A stretch of DNA of 64,000 nucleotides, from the NCBI GenBank assembly GCA_963691875.1, contig OY829846.1, positions 896,001-960,000 on the forward strand. Reading direction: 5' to 3'. Each line of letters begins with the position of its first letter. Position 1 is the first letter of the stretch. The translations under genes were made by a program, and so were the position numbers. Of the stretch, positions 49,841 to 61,162 are shown piece by piece. Below the pieces are notes generated by a model. The model saw only the letters and a program-made list of their open reading frames with translations, ran no database searches and was not told where the DNA came from. The stretch is from Aureliella sp. (lineage in GTDB: Bacteria; Planctomycetota; Planctomycetia; Pirellulales; Pirellulaceae).

Positions 49841-52800
49841 GAACTAGCAAAATGAGAACCCCGTTGATCCGAATCGCATTGTCCACTCTTCTTGCAGCCG
49901 GGTGTGTTGGAATCGGCTTTGCGCAAGATGACGCAAATGACACTTTTCCTGAGCTGTACAACAGCGAGAAGGAAGCTGGAGAGCCTTCGGATGCTCTAGC
50001 AGCCATCGCGAAGATGAAATTGCCAGAGGGGTTCAATGCCACCGTTTTTGCTGCAGAACCTGAAGTGATGAATCCAATTGCAGCCGCCACCGATGCATTA
50101 GGAAGAGTTTGGGTCGCCGAGAATTTCACTTACGCTGAGCGCGGTGTTCGCTTTGACATGAAGCTCAACGATCGAGTGATTGTGCTCGAGGATAGCGATG
50201 GCGATGGTGTCAGTGATCGGAGAACCGTTTTCGCCGACAACTTGAAGATCTTGACGGGCATAACTGTTGGGCGAGGTGGCGTCTGGCTTATGGCTCCTCC
50301 TCAGCTGTTGTTCATCCCAGATTCGGACGGTGACCTGATCCCCGACGGCCCGGCGCAAGTGAAGTTAGACGGCTTCCGAACTGGCCTGGAGAACTATCAT
50401 AATTTTGCCAATGGGCTGAGTTTTGGACCAGATGGCTGGCTGTATGGTCGCTGCGGTGCGTCAGGTCCAGGCGAAATGGGTTTACCCGGATCAACAGTTG
50501 AGCAACGCATTCCAATCCGCGGCGGAATGTGGCGTTATCATCCTGAGCGAAGAGTCGTCGAGGCACTGGTACAGGGAACTACGAATCCGTGGGGAAATGA
50601 TTGGAACGAGTACGGCGACTTGTTCTTCATCAACACGGTCAATGGGCATTTCTGGCAATGCATTCCAGGGGCTCACTTTGTTCGACCACACACCTTGGAT
50701 CAGAATCCGCATAGCTACGAACTGATCGACATGCACGCCGATCACTGGCACTTTGACACGGGCAAGAGTTGGACTGCCTCACGAAACGGAGCCGCCAATG
50801 ACTTTGGAGGTGGTCATGCTCACATCGGTATGATGATTTACCAAGAAAACGTTTGGCCAAAGGAATATCGCGGCAAGGTTATGACGGTCAACATGCATGG
50901 CAGACGCGTCAACGTGGAGTCGCTCAAACGACACGGCTCGGGCTACGTTGCCAGTCACGAGCCAGACATTCTCCTGTCTGACGATGAATGGTTCCGCGGC
51001 ATGGAGTTACTACCGCTCCCAGATGGCAACGTGTTACTAGTTGATTGGAGCGACATTGGCGAGTGTCACGAACACAGCGGGGTGCACCGAACCAGCGGGC
51101 GGCTTTACAAAATCTCATGCAAAGCTGGTGGAAAGAACTTCAATCCTTTGGCGAGTGACGAGATTCGGGGCGATGCACTTGCCTTGGTGACTCTGCAGCG
51201 AAACGCATCAGAGTGGTCTGCGCGACGCGCTCGAGATCTCCTGGGTGAATTAAGTCGCGACGCTCACCCGAAAGCGACGCCCCTGAATGACGCAGAATCG
51301 GCAGCGAGAGAGATATTGAAATCGTCCACGCTCGCAATTGCGAAGCGTCTCCGAGGCCTCTGGTCGTTGATTGCGATGGATCGTTCTACTCCAGCAACGA
51401 TCGACTACCTAAGAACTCACGAAGAAGAAAACATGCGAGCTTGGGGAGTTCGGCTAACAGTAGACGGCATGTACTTGGACACGGCCTATGGCAATCGGCC
51501 TACGAATCCAGGGAAACCTATCGATTCAGCGGACTATCAGTCCTTGGTCCAGATGGCACAGAACGACACTTCTTCGAAAGTACGGCTTGAGCTGGCAAGT
51601 GCGTTGCAAAGGCTGCCTTTGGAGCAACGCCGCGAGCTAGCGGAAGGTCTTGTGTCTCACAAAGTCGACGTGCAGGATCACAACCTACCGCTGATGGTCT
51701 GGTACGGTCTGATTCCGCTTGGAGAGAACCATCAGTCAGACCTGCTAAGTGTTTTTGAACAATGTAATTGGCCCAAGACACGGCAATTGATCGCGCGTCG
51801 TATCGCAGATGGCATGAAGAAAAACCGTTCCGCTTTTGAGCAGCTCTATGAAATTGCAGATTCCAAGTCGGCCATCGTCAAGCGCGATGTGGTGCTCGGA
51901 ACGGCAAGAGCACTGGCTGGCTGGGTGCGCGAGCTGGGGCCTGAAAGGTGGACCGACGTTTCGGAGTCTCTCAAGGCAAAAGCCGGGCAGGACAAGGAGC
52001 TTGCGACAGCATTGCAATATCTCAATGTTCTGTTTGGGGACGGCCAAACGATGGACAAACTGAAAGAAATCGCAGCAGACGAAAAAGCGAGCATAGAGCT
52101 ACGTAAATCCGCGTTGCAATCGTTGGTCGATGCGAAAGCGTTTGGAACAGAAGACTTATGCGAAAAACTGCTCAATAAGCGGTTCTTGAATCTCGTCGCA
52201 GCAAAGGGCTTGGCGAACAGCGAAAGAGCGGACATCAGCGGGATGATTCTCAAGAACTACCGGAGATTTCATCCATCGGAACGTTCCCAAGTGATTTCAC
52301 TTCTGGCCTCGCGAGCATCTTGGGCTGAGAACCTCCTGAATGCAATCCAGAGAAATCAGATACTTCGGGAAGAGCTATCGCCTTATCAAGCAAGGCAGAT
52401 TGCCAGCCACGAAAAACCTCGACTCAACGAATTACTGGCCGACACTTGGGGCCGCGTCCGCGCGAGTCCTGCCGAGAAGGAAGAACTCAAAGCAAAGCTG
52501 AGAGAGCAACTCACTGAAGGTGCTCTTTCCGCAGCCAATAGATCGGCCGGTCGCGCGCTCTTCAACACATCCTGTGCAAAATGTCACACTCTGTTCGGAA
52601 CTGGAGGGAAGCTTGGCCCTGATCTTACTGGGGCTCAACGCAGTAATCTTGATTACCTACTCGACAACATAGTGGACCCGAGCGCAGTGGTCACAAAAGA
52701 GTTTCGCGCGACACTTGTTCGCACAGAAGATGATCGTGTCATCACCGGTCTTGTAACTGAGAAGAACGAGAACGTGGTGACAATCGCGACTCAAGACGAA

Positions 52801-52944
52801 GTGTACAAAATTGCTCGAGAAGAAGTCGCTCAAATGAAGCTATCTGAGAATTCTACCATGCCAGACGGATTGCTCGATCAGCTAACACCAGAGCAAATCG
52901 GCGATTTGTTCGCGTATCTGCAAAGTACGCAGCAGGTCGAGTAA
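49837..52944 (+). CDS. PVC-type heme-binding CxxCH membrane-bound dehydrogenase
   Basis: LPEGF...VFAAEP.V.NP, propeller region, HEAT-like repeats, CAKCH, GPDLTG, S.MP.GL. Confidence 0.92.
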   Translation: MRTSKMRTPLIRIALSTLLAAGCVGIGFAQDDANDTFPELYNSEKEAGEPSDALAAIAKMKLPEGFNATVFAAEPEVMNPIAAATDALGRVWVAENFTYAERGVRFDMKLNDRVIVLEDSDGDGVSDRRTVFADNLKILTGITVGRGGVWLMAPPQLLFIPDSDGDLIPDGPAQVKLDGFRTGLENYHNFANGLSFGPDGWLYGRCGASGPGEMGLPGSTVEQRIPIRGGMWRYHPERRVVEALVQGTTNPWGNDWNEYGDLFFINTVNGHFWQCIPGAHFVRPHTLDQNPHSYELIDMHADHWHFDTGKSWTASRNGAANDFGGGHAHIGMMIYQENVWPKEYRGKVMTVNMHGRRVNVESLKRHGSGYVASHEPDILLSDDEWFRGMELLPLPDGNVLLVDWSDIGECHEHSGVHRTSGRLYKISCKAGGKNFNPLASDEIRGDALALVTLQRNASEWSARRARDLLGELSRDAHPKATPLNDAESAAREILKSSTLAIAKRLRGLWSLIAMDRSTPATIDYLRTHEEENMRAWGVRLTVDGMYLDTAYGNRPTNPGKPIDSADYQSLVQMAQNDTSSKVRLELASALQRLPLEQRRELAEGLVSHKVDVQDHNLPLMVWYGLIPLGENHQSDLLSVFEQCNWPKTRQLIARRIADGMKKNRSAFEQLYEIADSKSAIVKRDVVLGTARALAGWVRELGPERWTDVSESLKAKAGQDKELATALQYLNVLFGDGQTMDKLKEIAADEKASIELRKSALQSLVDAKAFGTEDLCEKLLNKRFLNLVAAKGLANSERADISGMILKNYRRFHPSERSQVISLLASRASWAENLLNAIQRNQILREELSPYQARQIASHEKPRLNELLADTWGRVRASPAEKEELKAKLREQLTEGALSAANRSAGRALFNTSCAKCHTLFGTGGKLGPDLTGAQRSNLDYLLDNIVDPSAVVTKEFRATLVRTEDDRVITGLVTEKNENVVTIATQDEVYKIAREEVAQMKLSENSTMPDGLLDQLTPEQIGDLFAYLQSTQQVE

Positions 52945-52979
52945 CAACAGCTCTTACACTTCCCGACAGCAGTGCATCG

Positions 52980-53110
52980 GTAGCGGAAGTCGCTGAGACT
53001 AACGGCGCTTCGTTGCAGAGTGAATCAACTTTTCACTTTGTGAGCCGACGGCACTAGCCGCGGGCCAGTATTTTTGGAGCGGACAGCCGGCTCCTAACAC
53101 GTTCGGCTCT
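52980..53110. repeat. Degenerate REP-like palindromic elements
   Basis: gtagcggaagtcg and the imperfect IR gagccgacg...cgttcggctc between convergent genes. Resemblance to planctomycete intergenic repeats is from memory. Confidence 0.35.
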
Positions 53111-53258
53111 TACTAAAACTGGAAATCTAGTGAGCCCAGCGCTGTAACTTAGGAAGCTTGATGCAATTGCAGGAGCGCTGATAAGAATTCTGGTAAATCC
53201 TAATACAGAGACGCTCTAATAGCGATGCGCTCGTTAGCGGCGTACAGCGCAAAATTCT

Positions 53259-53972
53259 CTAACGCGACTTGCCTGTAAGCAGTAGTTCTTCGGCTGGAGG
53301 CATTGGTTCTCTGTCTTGAGCATTTGCGTAGCTGTCGGAACCGCTGGGAGGCGACACTTGCTGCGGATGCTGCAAGTCGGATGCAGGTAGCTGTCCAGAG
53401 TTCGGCAGGCCAGCGCTTTGCAAAAAGTTCTGTAGCAATTTCGGGCCGTGCAATGAAAGGATGGATTCGGGATGGAACTGCACGCCGAAAGTCAGGTGCT
53501 CACGGTGCTCCAAAGCCATGATCTCGCCATCTGCCGACCATGCGGTGACGCGAAGCCAGGCTGGTATTTCATCGCGATTTCCAACCAATGAGTGATAACG
53601 TGCGAAGGCAGAACCACTTGGTATGCCTTCGAAAAGCCGGCTGCTATCCGTTTCAATTCGGTGCATACGCCCATGCATTGGCCTTTGAGCACGCACAATC
53701 TCACCACCGAAGGCTTCGTAGATAACTTGATGCCCTAGACAAACGCCAAGCATTGGAATTCGGCCAGAATGTTCTTGAACGATCTCCAAGCATTTGCCTG
53801 CGGCGCGAGGCGTTTTGGGGCCTGGCGACAATATCAACGCAGCGGCTTGCTCCGCTAGTTCCAGTACTTCTGGGCTATCGTTGCGGCATACGACGACATC
53901 CTGCTCCAGTTGCCGCAAGATACGCTGGAGATTGAAAGTAAAACTATCGTAGTTGTCAATCAGCAGAATCAT
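53259..53972 (-). CDS. pabA: Glutamine amidotransferase subunit of aminodeoxychorismate/anthranilate synthase
   Basis: MILLIDNYDSFTFNL, SPGP, GVCLGHQ, RYHSL, GVQFHPES. Confidence 0.9.
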   Translation of the reverse strand: MILLIDNYDSFTFNLQRILRQLEQDVVVCRNDSPEVLELAEQAAALILSPGPKTPRAAGKCLEIVQEHSGRIPMLGVCLGHQVIYEAFGGEIVRAQRPMHGRMHRIETDSSRLFEGIPSGSAFARYHSLVGNRDEIPAWLRVTAWSADGEIMALEHREHLTFGVQFHPESILSLHGPKLLQNFLQSAGLPNSGQLPASDLQHPQQVSPPSGSDSYANAQDREPMPPAEELLLTGKSR

Positions 53973-55420
53973 TTCAGGCTATCAATGGCTTGCAGCATTC
54001 CCTCGGCTTTGTACCAAGTTTCTTGCTCTTCTAAATCCGGTTTACTGTCTGCCACAATACCTCCGCCCACGGGAGCTTGCCACCAGCCATTGCAAGCCGT
54101 AATGGTGCGAATCAGGATGCTCAAATCCATATCACCCGCAAAGCTAATGTAGCCCAAGCTACCACAATAGGGGCCTCGCACAGTGGGTTCGAGTTCGGCG
54201 ATAATCTCCATTGCTCGAATCTTCGGAGCACCTGTGATCGAGCCACCAGGGAAAGTGCATCGGAGCACATCGGAAGTCGTGCAGGCCTCCATCAACTTTG
54301 AACGAACGACGCTTACCAAGTGCCAGACAAAGGGATACTCTTCAAGCCCGCAAAGTGATTCGACTTCAATGGAGTCGTAATCAGAAACGCGAGCAAGATC
54401 ATTCCGCATCAAATCGACGATCATCACGTTTTCGCTTCGATCTTTCTCGCTCACTTCGAGGAGCGTTCCCATTCCACGATCCGCAGTGGGATCTGAAAGT
54501 CGAGGACGAGTGCCTTTGATTGGCCTGGTTTCAATGCAACCGTCATCCAATCGCAGGAATCTTTCAGGAGACGAACTAATGACTTGGATGCGTCCAAAGT
54601 CAGCATAGCCTGAAAACGGAGCCGGACTCACTTTGCGCAGATGCATGTACAACTCTGGCGAGCTGGCCGTGGCTCGAGTCAGCAGTCTTTGCGACAAATT
54701 AATTTGAAAAACGTCGCCCGCGTGGATGTACTCGACCGCTTCTCCAACAGCGCTGCGATATTGCTCTGGTGCAAAGTTACTTGTCCAATTGTTCCATCGA
54801 GTCGAGTATTGAGGAGCAAGCTGCAGATTGGTGAGTTCATATCCGCCATGATTCGTGGACGACCGTTTGGGTACGCCAGCAAGCAGCTGGGTGATTTCTT
54901 TGAGGCGACTATAGGCTCTCTTGCTTCTTGCCGTACCTTCTTGTGCCGGAAATCCTTGCGAGACAATCCACCCTTCCTCACGCTGGTGGTCCCAGCTCAA
55001 GACCAAGTCATAAAGCCCTAGCGCAGCGACCGGTAAATTGAAGTCGTTATGTTGGGCTCGGGGAAGGTTTTCGAAACTTCGACCGAGTTCGTATCCAAAC
55101 CAGCCCATCCAGCCTCCTTGGAACGGAGGGATGCCTTCGAGCTTGGATTGCCGGAACGGGGCGATGTAGTCCCGGAGCTGTGCGACTGCCGATGCATGCG
55201 GACGATCGATTCGGACCCGCATAAAGGGATCGACTCCCAGGTAACTGTAGCGTCCCAACTCAGCTTGCGGCATGCTGCTGTCGAGCCAAACGCAGCCAGG
55301 CAAGTGGTGGAGCCGCTCGAAGCAGTACTCGGGGGTGTACTCAATCGGCAAGGGGCGCAGCAGCGTTGTCGGCTGAACATCACTGCCCGAGCCAACTCTA
55401 TCTACTGATTTCGTTTCCAT
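53969..55420 (-). CDS. pabB: Aminodeoxychorismate synthase component I (PabB/TrpE family)
   Basis: WLDS, GRYSY, PPFQGG, GDVFQINL, PAPFS, SSPERFL, RPIKGTRPR, ENVMIVDL.RND, FPGGSITGAPKIRAM. Confidence 0.88.
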   Translation of the reverse strand: METKSVDRVGSGSDVQPTTLLRPLPIEYTPEYCFERLHHLPGCVWLDSSMPQAELGRYSYLGVDPFMRVRIDRPHASAVAQLRDYIAPFRQSKLEGIPPFQGGWMGWFGYELGRSFENLPRAQHNDFNLPVAALGLYDLVLSWDHQREEGWIVSQGFPAQEGTARSKRAYSRLKEITQLLAGVPKRSSTNHGGYELTNLQLAPQYSTRWNNWTSNFAPEQYRSAVGEAVEYIHAGDVFQINLSQRLLTRATASSPELYMHLRKVSPAPFSGYADFGRIQVISSSPERFLRLDDGCIETRPIKGTRPRLSDPTADRGMGTLLEVSEKDRSENVMIVDLMRNDLARVSDYDSIEVESLCGLEEYPFVWHLVSVVRSKLMEACTTSDVLRCTFPGGSITGAPKIRAMEIIAELEPTVRGPYCGSLGYISFAGDMDLSILIRTITACNGWWQAPVGGGIVADSKPDLEEQETWYKAEGMLQAIDSLK

Positions 55421-55600
55421 CGCCACCGACAAAGTATCTTGCTTTCCGAGATTTCATAGAACTGAAAGCGAGGGCCTAGCAGGTTCTTCTTTTCGTTCGC
55501 GAAATCACCGAAATGCTTTCGGGGAGCGAAAGAAGACGTTTTATCCTGGGTATTATCCATGTGTCGGGGCGGCTGCGGAAGTCTCCCTAGCCTCAAATTA

Positions 55601-56340
55601 TCAATCGCTTTTCGGCAAGACGCATTTACTTGCTGTTAGGACAGTCCAAAGAATATGCCGCCAAACGCAGTCAACTTCGTGAAAACCAGCATTTTTCAGC
55701 CATCCAATCTGATTCGGCAAGCTGTCATGATGGTCCTGATCCGCTTGATGTCGCATCCACATTTCCCACTCTTCCTCGGTCGCACCGATTGCCATTGAGG
55801 CGCGTTTCCACTCCGACATGTGCTTCTCGTACAGCTCGGGAGTATCTCCGGCAAATTGATCGCTGTAGCTGAGGACGCCTTGCGGCCTAAGCCAACGATG
55901 GCAACTCTGAAAAAGCTGCTGTTTTTCTAGGCTGGTGAGGTGATGCAAGGCTATAGTCGAAAAAATCAAGTCAAAGGACTCATCGCCGAATTCCAATTCC
56001 CGCATGTCCTTACACAGTCTGATCACCTCGGATGACCGAACGTCATTCTCGGAGGCAAAACGTTGAGCATGCAATGCGAGTGAAGACTGCGACAAATCGA
56101 CTGCCGTCAATTCCGCTCCTGGAAACCTCTTGGCAATCGCAACGGAAAGATTCCCGGTACCGCAGCCCAGCTCCAGGATGCGACTCGGCTTGGCAACTCT
56201 CTCGGGCAGATAGTAAAGCAGCGAGTACAGCATTTCGTCGTAACGCGGAACACATCGGCGAATCGCTCCGGCGTATTCTTCGGAAATGGAATCAAAGAAT
56301 TCAGCAATAGCTGCTGAACTGTTCGAAATCTGGACAGCTT
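55601..56340 (-). CDS. Class I SAM-dependent methyltransferase domain (no own start codon evident)
   Basis: RCVPRYDEM, ILELGCGTG, VDLS, ALHHL, LRPQG. In frame with an upstream GNAT C-terminus; start uncertain. Confidence 0.75.
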
Positions 56341-56774
56341 TTCCGTCTATACGTCTACTTGATGATGCGAACGATACATGCGCGATTGGGGGCAGCGTCC
56401 AGCAGGATGGATGCTTGTCCATTCCAATGTGCGGATAGTAAGACTGAGCTTTGGGAGCTGCGATTAGAATCAACTTCGCATTTGGCGTGGCTGCGGTAGA
56501 CGAGTTCTTTTCCGATCCCATACCCTTGATACTCTTCATCAACCGCGAGGTCAGAAAGATAAGTGCAGAATGCTTCGTCGGTAATCGATCGAGCAACTCC
56601 GACGAGCATTCCGTCACATCGAGCGGTGACGATCAGGTTCGCGTTACGCAACATCTTTTCTATTCGAACGAGCTCGTCTACGGGACGTCGCTCAGCCAAA
56701 GTCGAACGTCGGAGAACATCAATGAATTCCTCCGCGGCGAGCTCGGGTTCGATAGCTTAATGAATTTCAGGCAT
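56341..56774 (-). pseudogene. GNAT acetyltransferase domain disrupted by a nonsense codon and a frameshift
   Basis: ATG 56774: [30 protein letters not shown]...[20 protein letters not shown] at 56757-56759. Frameshift near 56485 to [19 protein letters not shown]. Confidence 0.82.
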
Positions 56775-56914
56775 AGGCGAGTTCTTTCACAACCCGACGT
56801 GTAGCGAGGCAATGAAACCACTTTTTGCGTACGCTTCGGGTGATGCTTCAGTGGACCGAAGATGATCGCGCGCCGGTGGAGAGCGTCCAGCCGCTTAAGT
56901 CAGCTGTGCGAAAC

Positions 56915-57775
56915 CTAATCCGGTTCCCCGCTCATATCATCTAGGATCTGCAGGATGATTCCTATCAGACTTGGACCAACTGAGTTACCTGCCTCGACAA
57001 CTTCATCGTGCGTTGTGTTCACAGGAATATCGGTGGAAGCGACATTGGTGATTACCGAGAAACCGAGAACATCCATGCCCAGCTTTTTTGCGGCGATGAC
57101 TTCTGGCACAGTGGACATGCCGACTGCGTCTGCGCCGAGTGAACGAAAGAAACGATATTCGTTGCGGGTTTCGTAGGTTGGGCCAAGCGTCGCCAGATAA
57201 CATCCTTGATGAAGTACAACATCTTGGGATCGTGCGACCTGTTGCGCACGCTGCATCATCGGTCGATCGTACGTCTCTGTGCCGCGTTGCAATGGCTGCG
57301 CAGGCGACATGAAGCTCGAAGAAAAGCCAGACGAACCGAAAAGAAAATCAATGTGGCTATCGAGCACCATCAAGTCGCCTTGACGGAAACGCCCGTTCAA
57401 TCCACCTGCAGCGTTCGTAGTGATCAGTGTATTTGCTCCGAGTGCCTGCATGACAAACACCGGATACTGAACCTGTGTGTAGCTCCAGCCTTCGTAGCAA
57501 TGTGCCCTACCCTTCATGAGCACGACCGGTACACCTGCCAAATAGCCAAGGATCAGCTTTCCGGCATGTCCTGCTGCTGAAGTTCGGGGAAATCCAATCA
57601 AGTCTGAATACCCAATCTCAACTGGATGCTCGACGTAGTCCGCCAACGGTCCCAGCCCACTGCCTAGGACAATGGATACCTTGGGTTGCAGCAACTTGTG
57701 TTGCCAGATGGTATCGCGAGCGGCAGAAATTGAAGAAGCAAGTTCTTTTGCGTTAGAGGCGAGTATGCTTCTCAC
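56915..57775 (-). CDS. Purine-nucleoside phosphorylase (trimeric type), copy 2
   Basis: [42 protein letters not shown]. Confidence 0.92.
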   Translation of the reverse strand: MRSILASNAKELASSISAARDTIWQHKLLQPKVSIVLGSGLGPLADYVEHPVEIGYSDLIGFPRTSAAGHAGKLILGYLAGVPVVLMKGRAHCYEGWSYTQVQYPVFVMQALGANTLITTNAAGGLNGRFRQGDLMVLDSHIDFLFGSSGFSSSFMSPAQPLQRGTETYDRPMMQRAQQVARSQDVVLHQGCYLATLGPTYETRNEYRFFRSLGADAVGMSTVPEVIAAKKLGMDVLGFSVITNVASTDIPVNTTHDEVVEAGNSVGPSLIGIILQILDDMSGEPD

Positions 57776-57846
57776 TTGATTGCTCGAATTGAAGAATCAG
57801 ATCAGATCGATTCTTTGGCGCCTGATGTGCAGTTCCCCGGAGTCGC

Positions 57847-58686
57847 CTACAAGGTCTTATTATTGCGCTCGTGATTGAGTACACCGGTGACCAAAGCACG
57901 AAGTTTCGGCTCGGCGCCGTTGGCAACACCGATGATCTTGTCTACGTCGGCTGGTTCAAGAGCATCAGGCAAGCACATATCGGTAATGACAGAAAAGCCG
58001 ACTACGCGCAGTCCACAATGAACAGCGACGATCACTTCTGGTACCGTGGACATACCAACAACGTCAGTACCAATTGTCCGCAAGAAGCGATACTCGGCGC
58101 GTGTCTCTAAGTTCGGGCCAGCAACTGCAACGAACACGCCCTTGTGTGCGAGAATATTCTCCCGCCGCGCAATCTCAAGTGCTTGGTCAACAAGCTTCAA
58201 ATCATAGGGCTCGCACATATCAGGAAAGCGAGGGCCCAAGCGATCGTCATTGATGCCGATGAGAGGATTGTCTCCCATCAAATTAATGTGGTCTTCAATG
58301 ACCACGATATCGCCATCGCGGAAGTAAGGATTCATTCCGCCAGCGGCATTGGACACGACAAGAAGTTCCGCCCCCATGGCTTTCATCACTCGCACAGGCA
58401 GTGTAATCTGCTTGAGCGGATAGCCTTCATACATATGAAAACGGCCTTCCATGGCCATGATTGGCAACCCGCAAAGATTGCCGCACACTAACCGTCCACG
58501 GTGGCTAGTCGCAGTTGATTTGGGGAAGTGAGGGATCGATTCGTACTCGATTGACGCTTCAACATCGATTTGTTCGACGAGCGGTCCGAGTCCAGTGCCG
58601 AGGATCACTCCAGCGTGAGGCGTCTTATCCCACTGCTCGCGAATGTACTTACACGCGTCTTCGATTTGACCGTATAGTTCGAGCAT
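57847..58686 (-). CDS. Purine-nucleoside phosphorylase (trimeric type), copy 1
   Basis: ATG 58686; [44 protein letters not shown]. Confidence 0.93.
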   Translation of the reverse strand: MLELYGQIEDACKYIREQWDKTPHAGVILGTGLGPLVEQIDVEASIEYESIPHFPKSTATSHRGRLVCGNLCGLPIMAMEGRFHMYEGYPLKQITLPVRVMKAMGAELLVVSNAAGGMNPYFRDGDIVVIEDHINLMGDNPLIGINDDRLGPRFPDMCEPYDLKLVDQALEIARRENILAHKGVFVAVAGPNLETRAEYRFLRTIGTDVVGMSTVPEVIVAVHCGLRVVGFSVITDMCLPDALEPADVDKIIGVANGAEPKLRALVTGVLNHERNNKTL

Positions 58687-58895
58687 AATTACGCTGAAAG
58701 TTAGTTGGAATGGCAATAGAGTAGTTCGAACGACTTTCCGATGGCGAAGCATTAAAGCATGGAGTTCGGAGCAGTTCAACAGGATTTTTGAATTTCATTC
58801 GAGTTTGGCAAAGAGATATTTTTTCACATTTATAGTCAGCAATTTTTAGAGCACCACTTGCGTGCGTACTGGCAACTTCATAGGAGCAAAGGCAG

Positions 58896-59933
58896 GTGGA
58901 ACGTAGAAGGTTAGGCGAAAGCGGACTCTCGGTTACAGATATTTGTATGGGAACCATGACCTTTGGTACTCAGTGCGAAGAGGCACTTTCCTTTGAAATA
59001 ATGGATCGTGCCTATGACACCGGAATTGACTTCCTTGACGCCGCAGAGATGTACCCCGTTCCACCATCAGCGGAAACGTATGGTCGCACCGAAGTCATCG
59101 TCGGCAAATGGATAAAAACAAAGCCAAGAGAGCACGTGATCCTGGCAACAAAGATCACTGGTCCAGGTCATGGTTGGTTTTCGCCACCTGTCCGCGGCGG
59201 AAGAACTGCTTTGGATGCGCTGCAGATTCATCGTGCGGTTGAGGCGAGTTTAGAACGTCTCCAAACTGACTACATCGACCTATACCAGACGCATTGGCCC
59301 GATCACCAGATGCGATATGAAGATACGCTTGCAGCTCTCGGAAAACTCGTCGACCAAGGCAAAATACGAGCCATTGGTTGCAGCAATGAAACTAGCTGGG
59401 GACTAATGAAAAGCCTGTGGGCAGCAGAGAAGCACTCCCTGGCTCGCTACGACACGATCCAGAACAATTTCAGTTTGATCAATCGCCGGTGCGAGAGTGA
59501 GCTGGCTCAGGTGTGTCGCCGCGAAAATGTAAGCCTGCTACCTTACTCGCCGCTCGGCGGTGGCGTGCTCACAGGAAAGTATTGTGAAAGCCTTCCAGAA
59601 GGTGGCCGATTCACGGATTACCTCAACAAGGGCGGACCAAGGCAGAAGATGATGGCGGCTCGTTTCGTCAACGAAAGAACGCTTCAAGTGACGCGCCGGC
59701 TGGCAACAATTGCCGAAGATATTGGAGTCTCACTCACGGCTCTCAGTGTGGCTTGGAGCAGACAACACGATTTTGTGGCCAGTACGATCATCGGAGCAAC
59801 TACGGTCGCTCAGCTCAACGCAAGCCTGGAGGCGGTTGACCTAATTCTGGATCAGGAAACGATGGATCGCATCGATGAAATTGACGTCGACATCCCCAAC
59901 GCGCTTCGCGAAGATGGGCTTAGAAAACTGTAG
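58896..59933 (+). CDS. Aldo/keto reductase (Tas-like)
   Basis: [48 protein letters not shown]. Confidence 0.93.
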   Translation: MERRRLGESGLSVTDICMGTMTFGTQCEEALSFEIMDRAYDTGIDFLDAAEMYPVPPSAETYGRTEVIVGKWIKTKPREHVILATKITGPGHGWFSPPVRGGRTALDALQIHRAVEASLERLQTDYIDLYQTHWPDHQMRYEDTLAALGKLVDQGKIRAIGCSNETSWGLMKSLWAAEKHSLARYDTIQNNFSLINRRCESELAQVCRRENVSLLPYSPLGGGVLTGKYCESLPEGGRFTDYLNKGGPRQKMMAARFVNERTLQVTRRLATIAEDIGVSLTALSVAWSRQHDFVASTIIGATTVAQLNASLEAVDLILDQETMDRIDEIDVDIPNALREDGLRKL

Positions 59934-60142
59934 AATTTTCTCCGAAAAGGCTTCGGCGAGACCGAGAAGCAGGGGAAGATCTTGGGCCGCCAGTCAATGC
60001 AGCTTTTTCGCGGCCCGGCACCGACAGCTAACGACACAAAACGCGTTTACGCAATACAATTGAAAACTAGCTCTGTCATGGAGGCTCACAGCGAGCCAAT
60101 CGGCAAATAATTCGTGCGATCAGCACTAAAACAAAGGAATCG

Positions 60143-61123
60143 ATGTTGTCACAATTAAGTCGAATTTTGGTGACAGGTGGAGCAGGTTTTCTTGGCTCCC
60201 ACATCTGCGAACGACTCGTCGAAGACGGTCACGATGTCATTTGCTTGGATAATTTCTTCACCAGCCAAAAGACGAACGTCGCTCATCTGCTTTCCAAGCC
60301 AAACTTTGAGCTGATCCGGCACGACATTACCTTGCCGATCTTTCTCGAAGTCGATGAAATCTACAACATGGCGTGCCCGGCCGCGCCAGGTCACTATCAG
60401 CACAACCCCGTCAAGACAACTAAAACGAGCGTTATGGGAGTCGTCAACGTACTGGGCGTCGCCAAGCGCTGCGGTGCGAAAGTTCTTCAAGCAAGCACGT
60501 CCGAAATCTATGGCAATCCAGAGGTCCATCCACAGCCAGAATCGTATCACGGGAATGTGAATCCGCTCGGGCCCCGAGCCTGCTACGACGAAGGCAAGCG
60601 AGTCGCAGAAACTCTCTTCATGGACTATCACCGTAGCAATGGCGTAGACATTCGGATCGTGCGTATTTTCAATACGTACGGACCAAAGATGCATCCCTAT
60701 GACGGCCGAGTAGTTTCCAACTTCATTCGCCAAGCCTTAGCTGGAGAGGATATTACAATCTTCGGTGACGGGTCTCAGACTCGGTCCTTTTGCTATCGCG
60801 ACGACTTAGTCGAAGGCATCATTCGGATGATGAATAACGACAAAGACTTCATCGGACCGGTGAATATCGGAAACCCAGGCGAATTCACGATTCGCGAGTT
60901 AGCCGAACTAGTGATCGAGCTGACAGGCTCAAAGGTGAAACTAGTTGAAATGCCCTTGCCACCCGACGATCCGGCACGTCGCCGTCCTGACATTTCTCTC
61001 GCTAAAGAGAAACTTGACTGGCAACCTACGATCGCGCTCCGCGAAGGCCTGGAAAAGACGATCGACTGGTTCACCTCTATTAACCTAGCCCACTATCGGC
61101 CACCAACGCCGAACTACACGTAA
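60143..61123 (+). CDS. UDP-glucuronate decarboxylase (UDP-xylose synthase) family
   Basis: [16 protein letters not shown]-type STSE motif, [37 protein letters not shown]. Confidence 0.94.
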   Translation: MLSQLSRILVTGGAGFLGSHICERLVEDGHDVICLDNFFTSQKTNVAHLLSKPNFELIRHDITLPIFLEVDEIYNMACPAAPGHYQHNPVKTTKTSVMGVVNVLGVAKRCGAKVLQASTSEIYGNPEVHPQPESYHGNVNPLGPRACYDEGKRVAETLFMDYHRSNGVDIRIVRIFNTYGPKMHPYDGRVVSNFIRQALAGEDITIFGDGSQTRSFCYRDDLVEGIIRMMNNDKDFIGPVNIGNPGEFTIRELAELVIELTGSKVKLVEMPLPPDDPARRRPDISLAKEKLDWQPTIALREGLEKTIDWFTSINLAHYRPPTPNYT

Positions 61124-61162
61124 ACAGTCCTTCATTGCCGAGCATCCAAACTTCTTCTGCCA

